Source of the DNA: Solirubrobacteraceae bacterium
GTDB lineage: Bacteria; Actinomycetota; Thermoleophilia; Solirubrobacterales; Solirubrobacteraceae
NCBI GenBank assembly: GCA_040005775.1
Contig: JBDTYI010000049.1
Span: 1 to 58,791 of the forward strand
DNA: 58,791 nucleotides
Direction of reading: 5' to 3'
Shown here: positions 48,597 to 56,870 of the stretch, piece after piece
How positions within the stretch are numbered: position 1 is the stretch's first letter
Layout: each line of letters opens with the position of its first letter
Notes under the pieces: model-generated
What the model saw: the letters and a program-made list of their open reading frames with translations, nothing else
The model's database searches: none
Told to the model about the DNA's origin: nothing
Program-made: the position numbers and the translations under genes

Positions 48597-49558
48597 GGGG
48601 TGATGTCCTCCAGCTTCCGTGCGACGCGCATGCGGGCCGACCGCGCGCGCGGGTTGGCGTCCAGCTCACCGGCGGTCGGCACCACGCCGCGGCGCGTTAT
48701 CAGCTCGCCCTCCGGGACCCGGCCGCAGGCGCAGACGGGCAGATCCGGCGGGCAGATGCACCCACGCGCCCGGGCGGCAAGGAAGCGCTTCACGCGACGG
48801 TCTTCAAGCGAATGAAAGGAAATCCCTGCAAAACGACCACCTTCGCGCAGGAGCCCCCACGCCGCGGGCAGCGCCTCGTCGATCTGGCCGAGCTCGTCGT
48901 TGACGGCGATGCGGATCGCCTGGAACGTCCGCTTGGCCGGGTGGCCGGCGGCGAAGCGGGCGGGCGCGGGCACCGCGGCCTTGATGACCTCGACGAGCTC
49001 GTTGGTCGTGGTCAGCTCGGCGCGGTCGCGGGCGCGCACGATCGCGCGGGCGATCTGGCGGGCGAAGCGCTCCTCGCCGTAGTCGCGCAGCACGCTCGAC
49101 AGCCGGCGCTCCTCCCACGTGTTGACGATGTCGGCGGCCGACAGCTCGTCCTCAGGGTCCATGCGCATGTCCAGCGGCGCGTCGTAGGCATAGGAGAAGC
49201 CGCGCTCACGCGTGTCGACCTGCATCGAGGACATGCCGAGGTCGAGATAGACGAGGTCGGCGCGGACGCCCTCGGCCACGAGGTCCTCGAGCGCCTGCGC
49301 GAACGGGGCCTGGACGAAGCGGGTCGCGCACGGCACGTGGGCGGCGAGGTCGTCGAAGCGCTCGCGCGCGGCCGGGTCGCGGTCGATGGCGATCAGCTCG
49401 CCGGTCGCGCCGAGGCGCTCGGCGACCAGGCGCGCGTGACCGCCCGCCCCGAAGGTGCAGTCGACGGCGATCTCACCGGGCTGGGGGTCCAGCAGGTCGA
49501 TCAGCTCCCCGGCCAGAACCGGGACGTGGGCGGGAGTCATGTCAACCAGGATTGCCAA
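48593..49558 (-). CDS. rsmH: 16S rRNA (cytosine1402-N4)-methyltransferase
   Basis: 321 aa with HVPVLAGELIDLL, DCTFGAGGHA and DLGMSSMQVD motifs. Confidence 0.9.
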   Translation of the reverse strand: MAILVDMTPAHVPVLAGELIDLLDPQPGEIAVDCTFGAGGHARLVAERLGATGELIAIDRDPAARERFDDLAAHVPCATRFVQAPFAQALEDLVAEGVRADLVYLDLGMSSMQVDTRERGFSYAYDAPLDMRMDPEDELSAADIVNTWEERRLSSVLRDYGEERFARQIARAIVRARDRAELTTTNELVEVIKAAVPAPARFAAGHPAKRTFQAIRIAVNDELGQIDEALPAAWGLLREGGRFAGISFHSLEDRRVKRFLAARARGCICPPDLPVCACGRVPEGELITRRGVVPTAGELDANPRARSARMRVARKLEDITP

Positions 49559-49970
49559 AACGGGCGGTGATCTTCTCGATGTCGACCTCGGCGTCCTGGG
49601 CGGCCCAGGCGTCGCGGTCCCAGATCTCCAGCGCGGCGCCGACGCCGGCGACGACGACGTCCTTCTTGAGGCCGGCGTGCTCCATGAGACGCGGCGGCAC
49701 CATCACGCGGCCCGCCGAGTCGATCTTGGTGAGGAAGGCGTTGGCCGAGAAGTAGCGCTCGATGCGCCGGCGCTCGGGCGCGAGCTGGTGCATCCCCGCG
49801 AGGGACTCCTCGACGAAGGCGTCGAAGTCCTCGGCGGTCTGGATCGTCACGCAGGGCTCGGTGCCGCGGCCCAGGACGACATCTCCGGAGAGCGACGCGC
49901 GGAACTTGGCCGGCAGCGTGAGGCGGCTCTTCGCGTCGAGGGAGTAGTCGAAGGTGCCGCGGAAGGCCAT
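49542..49970 (-). CDS. mraZ: Transcriptional regulator MraZ
   Basis: Trimmed to ATG 49970, giving MAFRGTFDYSLDAKSRLTLPAKFR (first DxxxR SpoVT/AbrB-like half). The second half contains KIDSAGRVMVPPRL. Confidence 0.9.
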   Translation of the reverse strand: MAFRGTFDYSLDAKSRLTLPAKFRASLSGDVVLGRGTEPCVTIQTAEDFDAFVEESLAGMHQLAPERRRIERYFSANAFLTKIDSAGRVMVPPRLMEHAGLKKDVVVAGVGAALEIWDRDAWAAQDAEVDIEKITARFGNPG

Positions 49971-49994
49971 GGCGGAAGGCAAGAGAGAAGGAAC

Positions 49995-50041
49995 CCGGAC
50001 CGAGGTGGAGGAGTGGGAGGAGCCCCTCCACCCCGGTCCGG
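49995..50041 (-). promoter_or_regulatory. 17-bp hairpin in the mraZ upstream/leader region
   Basis: CCGGACCGAGGTGGAGG (49995-50011) pairs with CCTCCACCCCGGTCCGG (50025-41). On the minus (mRNA) strand the one non-Watson-Crick position is a G:U wobble. The 13-nt loop contains GTGGGAGG. It lies 25-70 nt upstream of the mraZ ATG. Confidence 0.4.
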
Positions 50042-50055
50042 TGCGTGATGTCTAA

Positions 50056-50102
50056 CCCACGATCTCCCACAAAGCAACCCCAATTGCACAAAATCTCCCA
50101 CA
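50056..50102 (-). promoter_or_regulatory. Candidate MraZ operator: three GTGGG boxes in mraZ orientation, including a 10-bp direct repeat
   Basis: The minus strand reads TGTGGGAGAT at 50102..50093 and 50071..50062 (identical 10-mers 31 bp apart), plus GTGGG at 50060..50056, which is 10 bp from the second box. E. coli MraZ is known to bind phased TGGGN repeats upstream of mraZ. Confidence 0.35.
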
Positions 50103-50338
50103 TACGTCCACGCCGGCGACGTCGGCGGCGTTCCAAGGGGTCGTTTTGCAGGCGATCATTGGGTGGGAGGCCGTGGGGCGCCGTCCCACGAAATCCGGCA
50201 ACGCGGCTTGCGCCGGCGCGATCTGCAACGGCGATTGCGCGTGCGTGGCGGTTCCGTCCGGACGCTATGCGTCCGTATGCAGGAGTTCGGTCGTCCGCAC
50301 CGTCGCCGCCCGCCGCACCGGTCCCTACTCTTGGACGG

Positions 50339-51892
50339 GTGAAGATCACGCGCTCGCTCCTGCTCACCCTTCTGCTCGCGGCGGTGGCTGCACTGGCCGC
50401 GGGCTGCGGCTCGTCCTCCTCGGGCAGTGGTGGCGACTCCGACCCCGCCGCGGCGGTGCCGGCCACGGCGCCGATCTACGTCGAGGCGAACGTCCACCCC
50501 GACGGCAGGCTCGGCTCCGACGTCACCGCGGTGCTCAAGAAGGTGCTGCGGACGAACGACCCCGCGGCCAAGCTGGAGGGGCTGATCGACCAGTCGGGCA
50601 AGGACCACCGCGTCACCTACGCCAAGGACGTCGCGCCGTGGCTGGGGGACCGCGTCGGCGTGGCCGTCACGTCGTACTCCGGAGCCAAGCCCGCCTTCGT
50701 GGCCGTCAGCGGCTCGAAGGACGACGCGAAGGCGCGCGCGGCGCTGACCAAGGACCGCAAGGTCGTCAAGCGCACGTACAAGGGCGTCGCCTACAGCTAC
50801 GACCCGAAGGACCAGAGCGCGTCGGCCGCGTTCGGCGGGCGGGCGCTCGCCGGAACCGAGAGCGGCGTGAAGGCCGCGATCGACGCGACGAAGGGCCAGT
50901 CGCTGGCCGACGCCAACGGCCTGCGCGCCGCGCGCGAGAAGGTCGCCTCCGAGCGCGCCGGCTTCGCCTACTTCGACGTGCAGGGACTGCTGCGCGTGGT
51001 TCAGCAGCGCGCGGGCGGGCGCGACCCGCAGATCGGCGCCGCCGTGTCCGCGCTGGGCGGCGCGCTGCCCAAGACGATCGCGGCCGCGCTCGAGGCCGAT
51101 CCCGACCTCATCCGCATCGACGCCGTCACCCTGGGCACGCCCAAGAGCGCCGGCAGCGGCAAGAGCGGCGCCGGCGCCGTCGGGGCGCTGCCCGGCGACG
51201 CGTTCGCAGCCGCCGGCTTCGCCGACCTCGGCGGCTCTGTCGAGCGCTCGCTGAAGAGCATCGGGGGCTCCGGGCTCGGCGGCGTGGGCATCGAGGCCCT
51301 GATGCGCCAGTTCCGCGCGCAGACCGGGCTCGACCTGCGCGAGGACCTGCTCGCGTGGATGGGCGATGCTGGCCTCTACGCCAGCGGCGACACCGTGGCC
51401 GACCTGCATGGGGCGCTCGTCGTCAACTCGACCGACCCCGCGCGCACCCGCAAGGCGATCGGCGCGCTGCAGCGCCTCGCGCGCGGCATGGCGAAGGACG
51501 CGAAGGTGCGCAGCCTGTCCGGCGCGGGCGTCGATCGCGGCTTCTCGATCAAGAGCGCGGGGGCGCCGCGGATCGACGTCGCGCTCGCGGGCGACAAGTT
51601 CATCGTGTCCGTCGGCGGTGACAAGGCGCTTCAGGAGGCCATCAACCCGGCGACCACGCTCGGCGGCACGCCGGCGTTCAGCGCGGCGGGCGGGAAGCTG
51701 GGCGACGGCGTCAAGCCCTCGTTCTTCCTCGACATGACCAAGGTCACGGCGCTGGTCGGCTCCAAGGCCGGCGGCGACCCGCAGTTCGCGAAGGCGAAGC
51801 CCTATCTCGACGCGTTCGTCGCCCTCGTGGCCGGCGCGAAGGACGAGGGCGAGGGCGTCACGCGCTCGCGCTTCGCCATTACGCTGAAGTAG
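50339..51892 (+). CDS. Putative lipoprotein of unknown function (possibly DUF3352-like)
   Basis: Track ORF 50045..51892 trimmed to GTG 50339, giving VKITRSLLLTLLLAAVAALAAGCGSSSSGSGG (lipobox LAAGC). The remainder is soluble and Ala/Gly/Lys-rich. The family assignment is from memory only. Confidence 0.65.
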   Translation: MKITRSLLLTLLLAAVAALAAGCGSSSSGSGGDSDPAAAVPATAPIYVEANVHPDGRLGSDVTAVLKKVLRTNDPAAKLEGLIDQSGKDHRVTYAKDVAPWLGDRVGVAVTSYSGAKPAFVAVSGSKDDAKARAALTKDRKVVKRTYKGVAYSYDPKDQSASAAFGGRALAGTESGVKAAIDATKGQSLADANGLRAAREKVASERAGFAYFDVQGLLRVVQQRAGGRDPQIGAAVSALGGALPKTIAAALEADPDLIRIDAVTLGTPKSAGSGKSGAGAVGALPGDAFAAAGFADLGGSVERSLKSIGGSGLGGVGIEALMRQFRAQTGLDLREDLLAWMGDAGLYASGDTVADLHGALVVNSTDPARTRKAIGALQRLARGMAKDAKVRSLSGAGVDRGFSIKSAGAPRIDVALAGDKFIVSVGGDKALQEAINPATTLGGTPAFSAAGGKLGDGVKPSFFLDMTKVTALVGSKAGGDPQFAKAKPYLDAFVALVAGAKDEGEGVTRSRFAITLK

Positions 51893-51926
51893 GAGCTGGC
51901 CGCGAGTCGCCTCGATGTCGCCGAAC

Positions 51927-51961
51927 CGCACCTTTTCCCCCGTGTCGGGGGATGCGGTGCG
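51927..51961. terminator. Two-helix hairpin between the convergent lipoprotein and tadC genes
   Basis: CGCACC/GGTGCG (51927-32 / 51956-61) and TCCCCC/GGGGGA (51936-41 / 51947-52) with a 5-nt loop. It is flanked by a 9-bp direct repeat (see finding). Confidence 0.35.
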
Positions 51962-52004
51962 TCTCGATGTCACGCGGCGGCGCTCGCCCGTGCCGGGACC
52001 GGGG

Positions 52005-52829
52005 TCAGAGCCGCGACGCGAGCGCGGCCGCCACGAGCAACATCACCGCGGGCACGAGCAGCAGTGCGACGACGAGCTGGATCTTGGGCGCGGCGCGCGC
52101 GGCCCGGTCGCGCAGGCGCTGCGCGGCGCGCGCCTGCGCGTCGACGGCGAGGGCGCGGACGCCGGGCGCCAGCGGCGCCCCGTGGCGCTCGGCGCGCGCG
52201 ACGGCTCCGACCAGCGCGTCGATGCCCTCCACAGGGCAGCGCGCGGAGAGCGGCGCGAGCGCTTCGGCGTGCGGCGCGCCCAGTGCCGCGCGCGTCGCCG
52301 TCGCGCGCAGCTCGGTGGCGAGCGCGCCGCGTCCGCGGCGCCCCACCTCCGCCAGCGCGCGCATCGGCGTCAGCCCAGCGTCGGCGGCGACCGCCACGAG
52401 GTCCAGGACGACGGCCAGCTCGGCGGTCATCGCTCCGCGGCGCCGGCGCAGGCGGCCGCGCAGCCACCACCCCGGCAGCAGGTAACCGGCGGCGGCCGCG
52501 GTCGCGAGCAGCGTCAGCGCGAGCCGCCCGGGCATCACCGTCGCCGGGCCCGCCGCGCCCAGGACGCCGGCGGTGGCCGCACCCCAGCGGGCCGCCAGGA
52601 TGTCGCCGACGCCGGCGCCGACCCCCGCGGCGTCGAGCTGCGCGCGCAGGCCGGGCGGCGCAGCCACCGACGCACCGAGCAGGCGGCCCGCACCGGCAAG
52701 GGCCCCGGCCGCGCGCGCGGGCAGGCGCGAACGCCCACGGGTGCCGGTGCTCGCCGCGGCGGCCAGCTCGACGATCGCGGCCGCCAGCACAACGGCCGCC
52801 AGCGCCGCGAGCAGCTCCGCCCGGGTCAC
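52005..52829 (-). CDS. tadC: Tad/type II secretion platform protein, TadC-like (T2SSF domain)
   Basis: 274 aa. A membrane helix is followed by a cytoplasmic T2SSF-type domain (ELAVVLDLVAVAADAGLTPMRAL..) and C-terminal TM helices. It sits downstream of tadB. Confidence 0.75.
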   Translation of the reverse strand: MTRAELLAALAAVVLAAAIVELAAAASTGTRGRSRLPARAAGALAGAGRLLGASVAAPPGLRAQLDAAGVGAGVGDILAARWGAATAGVLGAAGPATVMPGRLALTLLATAAAAGYLLPGWWLRGRLRRRRGAMTAELAVVLDLVAVAADAGLTPMRALAEVGRRGRGALATELRATATRAALGAPHAEALAPLSARCPVEGIDALVGAVARAERHGAPLAPGVRALAVDAQARAAQRLRDRAARAAPKIQLVVALLLVPAVMLLVAAALASRL

Positions 52830-52830
52830 G

Positions 52831-53649
52831 TCAGGCGCCCTCGTCGATCCGTGCGATCCGTGCGATCAGCACGGCGCCTACGAGCTGGCACGCCGTCGCC
52901 GCCAAGAGCAGCGCCGCCGCCAGCGGGTCGGCGAGCATCGCGTTCAGTGCGCCCGGGCTGACCAGCGCGCCGAGCGCGGCGGCGCCGACGGGCAGCGCAC
53001 CGACCATCCACGCGGTGAAGCGCGCCTGCGCGGTCGCCCCGCGGGCGTCGGCGCGCAGCCGGGCGGCGTCCTCGAGCCCCGCGGCCGTCGCGCGCAGCAG
53101 AAGGGCCAGGTCGCCGCCGTGGTCGCGCGCGAGCAGCACCGCGGCGACGATCGCTTCCCACCCGGGGTCGGCCGCGCGCCGGCGCAGCTCGTCCAGCGTC
53201 TCCTCGGTCCCGGCGCCCAACGCCAGCGCGCGAGCCTCGGCGGCGAGGTCCGGCCCGGCAGCGGCGATCGCGCCGCGGACCCCGTGACCGCCGGCCAGGG
53301 CGTCGGCCAGCGCCCGGGCGGCCGCGGGCGCCCGAGCCGCGAACTCGGCCCGTCGACGGGCCTGCCGGGCGCGGACCGCCGCCCGGACCGCGAACGGTCC
53401 GGCGGCGGCGCAGAGCATCGCGAGCAGCGGCCCGCCCAGGATCCATCCCGCCGCGCACGCCGTCGCGGCGCCCACGACGGCCAGGCGGCGGCGCTCGGGC
53501 GGGGTGGGCGCTCGGCCGGCGCGCAGCGGCGCGAGCAGGCGGGCGGCCGCACGCGCCGGCGCGGCACGCTCGATGGCACCGGCGGCCTCCCACGCCGCCG
53601 CGACGGCGGTCACGCCGGATAGCCCCGCGAGAACCACGGCACCGGTCAC
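52831..53649 (-). CDS. tadB: Tad/type II secretion platform protein, TadB-like (T2SSF domain)
   Basis: The track start is 53661. I prefer the in-frame GTG 53649, which overlaps the tadA stop (GTGA). The T2SSF-like core is AIVAAVLLARDHGGDLALLLRATAAGLED, with terminal TM helices. Confidence 0.75.
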   Translation of the reverse strand: MTGAVVLAGLSGVTAVAAAWEAAGAIERAAPARAAARLLAPLRAGRAPTPPERRRLAVVGAATACAAGWILGGPLLAMLCAAAGPFAVRAAVRARQARRRAEFAARAPAAARALADALAGGHGVRGAIAAAGPDLAAEARALALGAGTEETLDELRRRAADPGWEAIVAAVLLARDHGGDLALLLRATAAGLEDAARLRADARGATAQARFTAWMVGALPVGAAALGALVSPGALNAMLADPLAAALLLAATACQLVGAVLIARIARIDEGA

Positions 53650-54809
53650 CGGCCCGTCCACGGGCGCACGCCCGCCTCCGCCGATCGCCAGCGCTCGCGC
53701 CCGTCGCGCACCGTGAACAGGCTGCGCTGGTCACCACCAGGCAGGACCTCGCCGACCGCGACGATCCGCCGCCGGCCATCGGCCAGCCGCTCCTGGTGCA
53801 CGACGAGGTCGATCGCGTCGGCGACCTGCTCACGGACCGCGCCGTGGGGCAGGCCGAGGCCTGCCATCAGCGCGAGCGTCTCCAGGCGGCGCAGCGCCTC
53901 CGCCGGCGATCCGGCGTGCACCGTGCAGAGCGAGCCATCGTGGCCGGTCGTCATCGCGGCGAGCATGTCCAGCGCCTCGGGCCCGCGGACCTCGCCCACG
54001 ACGATGCGGTCAGGGCGCATGCGCAGCGCGTTGCGCACCAGGCGGCGGATCGTGACCTCGCCACGCCCCTCGACGCTCGGCGGCCGCGCCTCCAGGCGCA
54101 CGACGTGCGGTTGCTGCAGCCGCAGTTCTGCGGTGTCCTCGACGGTCACAATGCGCTCCCCGTTGCCCACGAACGACGACAGCGCGTTCAGCGTCGTGGT
54201 CTTGCCCGAGCCCGTCCCCCCGCTGACCAGGATGGTCCGCCGGGCGCGCACCGCCCGCGCGAGGAGATCGTGCAGCGCCCGGCTCCATGTGCCCAGCGCG
54301 AGCAGGTCGTCCGCGCCCAGGCCGCGCGTGTGGAAGCGGCGGATCGTGAGGGCCGGGCCGTCCACCGCCAGCGGCGGGATGACCACGTTGACGCGGGAGC
54401 CGTCGGGCAGGCGCGCGTCGCACAGCGGCTCGGACTCGTCGACCCGGCGACCGAGCGGCGCGAGGATCCGCTCGATCACCTCGCGGAGCTCGTGCTCGGT
54501 CGCGAAGCGCACGGCGGTCGGCTCCAGTCGCCCGCGGCGCTCGACCCAGGCGGGCGAGCAGCCGCTGACCATGATCTCCTCGACGTCGGGGTCACGCAGC
54601 AGCGGTTCGAGCGGCCCGAGGCCGAAGGAGCGCTCGGCGACGCGGGCGACCAGCTCGTCGCGGGCGTCCTCGTCGAGCAGCGCGGCCTCGCGGTCGACCA
54701 CCGCGCGGATGCGGCTGCTCAGCTCCAGCGGGCCGTCGGCGCCGGCCTCGGCGAGCAGCCGCGCCCGGAGCCCGCCGGCGATCTCGTCGAGGGCACTGGG
54801 GGTCTCCAT
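53646..54809 (-). CDS. tadA: Tad pilus/secretion ATPase (CpaF/TadA family)
   Basis: Walker A ILVSGGTGSGKTTTLNAL, Asp-box/Walker B RIVTVEDTAELRL, and the His box region. I place the start at ATG 54809 (METPSALDEIAG..). The 18 codons upstream of it in the track ORF have poor GC3. Confidence 0.9.
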   Translation of the reverse strand: METPSALDEIAGGLRARLLAEAGADGPLELSSRIRAVVDREAALLDEDARDELVARVAERSFGLGPLEPLLRDPDVEEIMVSGCSPAWVERRGRLEPTAVRFATEHELREVIERILAPLGRRVDESEPLCDARLPDGSRVNVVIPPLAVDGPALTIRRFHTRGLGADDLLALGTWSRALHDLLARAVRARRTILVSGGTGSGKTTTLNALSSFVGNGERIVTVEDTAELRLQQPHVVRLEARPPSVEGRGEVTIRRLVRNALRMRPDRIVVGEVRGPEALDMLAAMTTGHDGSLCTVHAGSPAEALRRLETLALMAGLGLPHGAVREQVADAIDLVVHQERLADGRRRIVAVGEVLPGGDQRSLFTVRDGRERWRSAEAGVRPWTGR

Positions 54810-54916
54810 AGGTCCAGTAGGGCGACGTATCGCGGTTCTCGCCCCGGTCCGCCATCTGTCCATCGAACGAGAGACGGGTCAAGCGAGGCGCTGAGCGACC
54901 GATCCACCACACAGTC

Positions 54917-56239
54917 ATGAACCGTTCCCTGAAGATCGTGCTGACCGCCGCGACCGTGCTCGCCGCCCCGATCGCGCAAGCGTCGGCCGCCCCCACGAAG
55001 GCCGTCTATCCCTCCGTGTCGAGCATCTCGCCCAAGCGGGTGGCGATCGGCAGCACGATGACCGTCAAGGGCAAGGGCTTCCGCGCGGGCAAGAACCGCA
55101 ACACGGTCGTCTTCCAGCGCGTCGGGAAGCCGGCCGTGTTCGTGCGTGCGGTCAGCGCGACGACCACCAAGCTCTCGGTCAAGATCCCCACCAAGCTCAC
55201 CGACTTCCTGGCGACGAAGGCCGGGGCGCCCACGCCCACCACCTTCCGCCTGCGCATCCTTTCCGCCCGGTTCGCGCGCGCCTTCACGCCGGCCTCGCTG
55301 TCCCCCGTGATCACGCCCAAGGCCGCGAGCACGGGCGCCGGCGGCTCGGGCACCGCACCGGGCTCCGGCACCGCCGCACCGGCCGCGCCGACCTGTCAGC
55401 AGGTGGCCGCCGCCGATCCCAGCGGTGACAAGGACGGCGACGGCATCAGCAACGGCCGCGAGGCGCAGATCCTCACCGACGCGTGCAACCCCGACTCCGA
55501 CGGCGACGGCATGGTCGACGGCTACGAGTACCAGTCGGCGCTCGACCTCAACAGCATCGCGCTGCCCTACCCCGGCAGCCGCCCGTGGCCCAACCCGCTC
55601 GATCCGAGCGACGGCAAGTACGACTTCGACGGCGACGGCCTCAGCCTCTCGCAGGAGTTCGCGCTCTGGCGCTACGCCGGCTCCGGCTTCCCCGTCACGC
55701 AGTACAGCGACGGCACGCAGAACAGCGGAGGGCGCGTCTACGTCTCCTCCCCCACTCAGGCGCTGCAGGACGAGGACGGCACGGGCGTCCTGACCGACGA
55801 CGAGCGCGACGCCGACGGCGACAACCTCTCGAACATGGTCGAGTTCAACCTCCGCGGCACCCAGCAGTGGTGGAAGCTCACGTACGCCGGCGAAGCGCCC
55901 TACTCGATCTCCACCTTCAGCGCGCCCTCCGCGATCAACCCCGACTCCGACGGCGACGGCGTCAACGACGGCGCCGACGACCAGGACCACGACGGCTTCA
56001 CGAACTTCCAGGAGATGACCGAGACGCGCGAGGGGACGGACATCCGCGTCCAGCCCTACAACCCTTGCCTGCCCAACCCCTGGTCGCGCACCTGCAGCCG
56101 CTACACCCCCTTCAGCGGCGTGTGGGCCCCCTTCGACGGCTCCCAGCAGGCCGGCGACATGATCCCGTTCCACGTGACGTTCACGCCCGGCACGACGCCG
56201 GACAACACCTGGAACGGCCTCGGCGGGCCGCAGAACTAG
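54917..56239 (+). CDS. Secreted protein: signal peptide, IPT/TIG domain, and five thrombospondin-type-3/dockerin-like calcium-binding repeats
   Basis: Signal peptide MNRSLKIVLTAATVLAAPIAQASA. The IPT-like region is SISPKRVAIGSTMTVKGKGF..VVFQ..KLSVKIP, followed by a Gly/Ala/Pro linker. The DxDxDG repeats are DKDGDGISN, DSDGDGMVDGYE, DFDGDGLSLSQE, DADGDNLSNMVE and DSDGDGVNDGADDQDHDGFTNFQE. The 552-aa minus ORF across it is a shadow. Confidence 0.8.
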   Translation: MNRSLKIVLTAATVLAAPIAQASAAPTKAVYPSVSSISPKRVAIGSTMTVKGKGFRAGKNRNTVVFQRVGKPAVFVRAVSATTTKLSVKIPTKLTDFLATKAGAPTPTTFRLRILSARFARAFTPASLSPVITPKAASTGAGGSGTAPGSGTAAPAAPTCQQVAAADPSGDKDGDGISNGREAQILTDACNPDSDGDGMVDGYEYQSALDLNSIALPYPGSRPWPNPLDPSDGKYDFDGDGLSLSQEFALWRYAGSGFPVTQYSDGTQNSGGRVYVSSPTQALQDEDGTGVLTDDERDADGDNLSNMVEFNLRGTQQWWKLTYAGEAPYSISTFSAPSAINPDSDGDGVNDGADDQDHDGFTNFQEMTETREGTDIRVQPYNPCLPNPWSRTCSRYTPFSGVWAPFDGSQQAGDMIPFHVTFTPGTTPDNTWNGLGGPQN

Positions 56240-56243
56240 AGAT

Positions 56244-56870
56244 TCAGGGGCGCGCCAGCAGTCGTACCTGGAGGGCGTCGGCGAGGACGCCCGCCAGGTC
56301 GACCGCCTGCCCCGTCGACACCCGCAGCGACGCCCGCACGCGCGGCAGCCCGCCGGCGTCGGCGCCCGCCGGCGCACCGGCGGTGCTCAGCACCTCGGCG
56401 TCGCGCAGCACCAGCCTCGTCGCACCCGCCCGGCCCCCACCGGCGTCGGCGGTGGCAACCACGTCGACCCGCGCGCCCGAGGCGATCCGTCCGCCGGGAG
56501 CGAGGGCGACGACGTCCAGCGCACGCTCCCCGCGCCGCAGCACGGGAGCAGCCGCCTCCACCTGCGCCAGCAGCGCCGGGTCGATGTCCGTCCCTGCCGC
56601 GATCGCGACCGCCGTGCGGCGCCCGGCCACGTCCTCGGGGCTGCGGTAGGCCGTGCGCGGCGCGTAGCGCAGCGGCACGCGCCGTACCGCCAGGGCGCCG
56701 GCGGGGATCCGCCTGCCCACAGCGACCGGTGACCGAGCCGCGACGACGGTCACGACGGGCGCCAGTTGCGCGCGCAGCGCGCGCTCGCGCCCGGCCATGT
56801 CCGACGCCGCCAGCACCCCGAGCAGCAAGGCGAGGCCCAGCAGTGCGGCAGCCCGCCGGCGGCGGGTCAC
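56244..56870 (-). CDS. cpaB: Flp pilus assembly protein CpaB/RcpC-like (TM plus SAF domain)
   Basis: Track ORF 56244..57395 trimmed to GTG 56870, which overlaps the kinase stop (GTGA). It reads VTRRRRAAALLGLALLLGVLAA (TM), then VVTVVAARSPVAVGRRIPAGALAVRRVP (SAF-like). Confidence 0.7.
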   Translation of the reverse strand: MTRRRRAAALLGLALLLGVLAASDMAGRERALRAQLAPVVTVVAARSPVAVGRRIPAGALAVRRVPLRYAPRTAYRSPEDVAGRRTAVAIAAGTDIDPALLAQVEAAAPVLRRGERALDVVALAPGGRIASGARVDVVATADAGGGRAGATRLVLRDAEVLSTAGAPAGADAGGLPRVRASLRVSTGQAVDLAGVLADALQVRLLARP

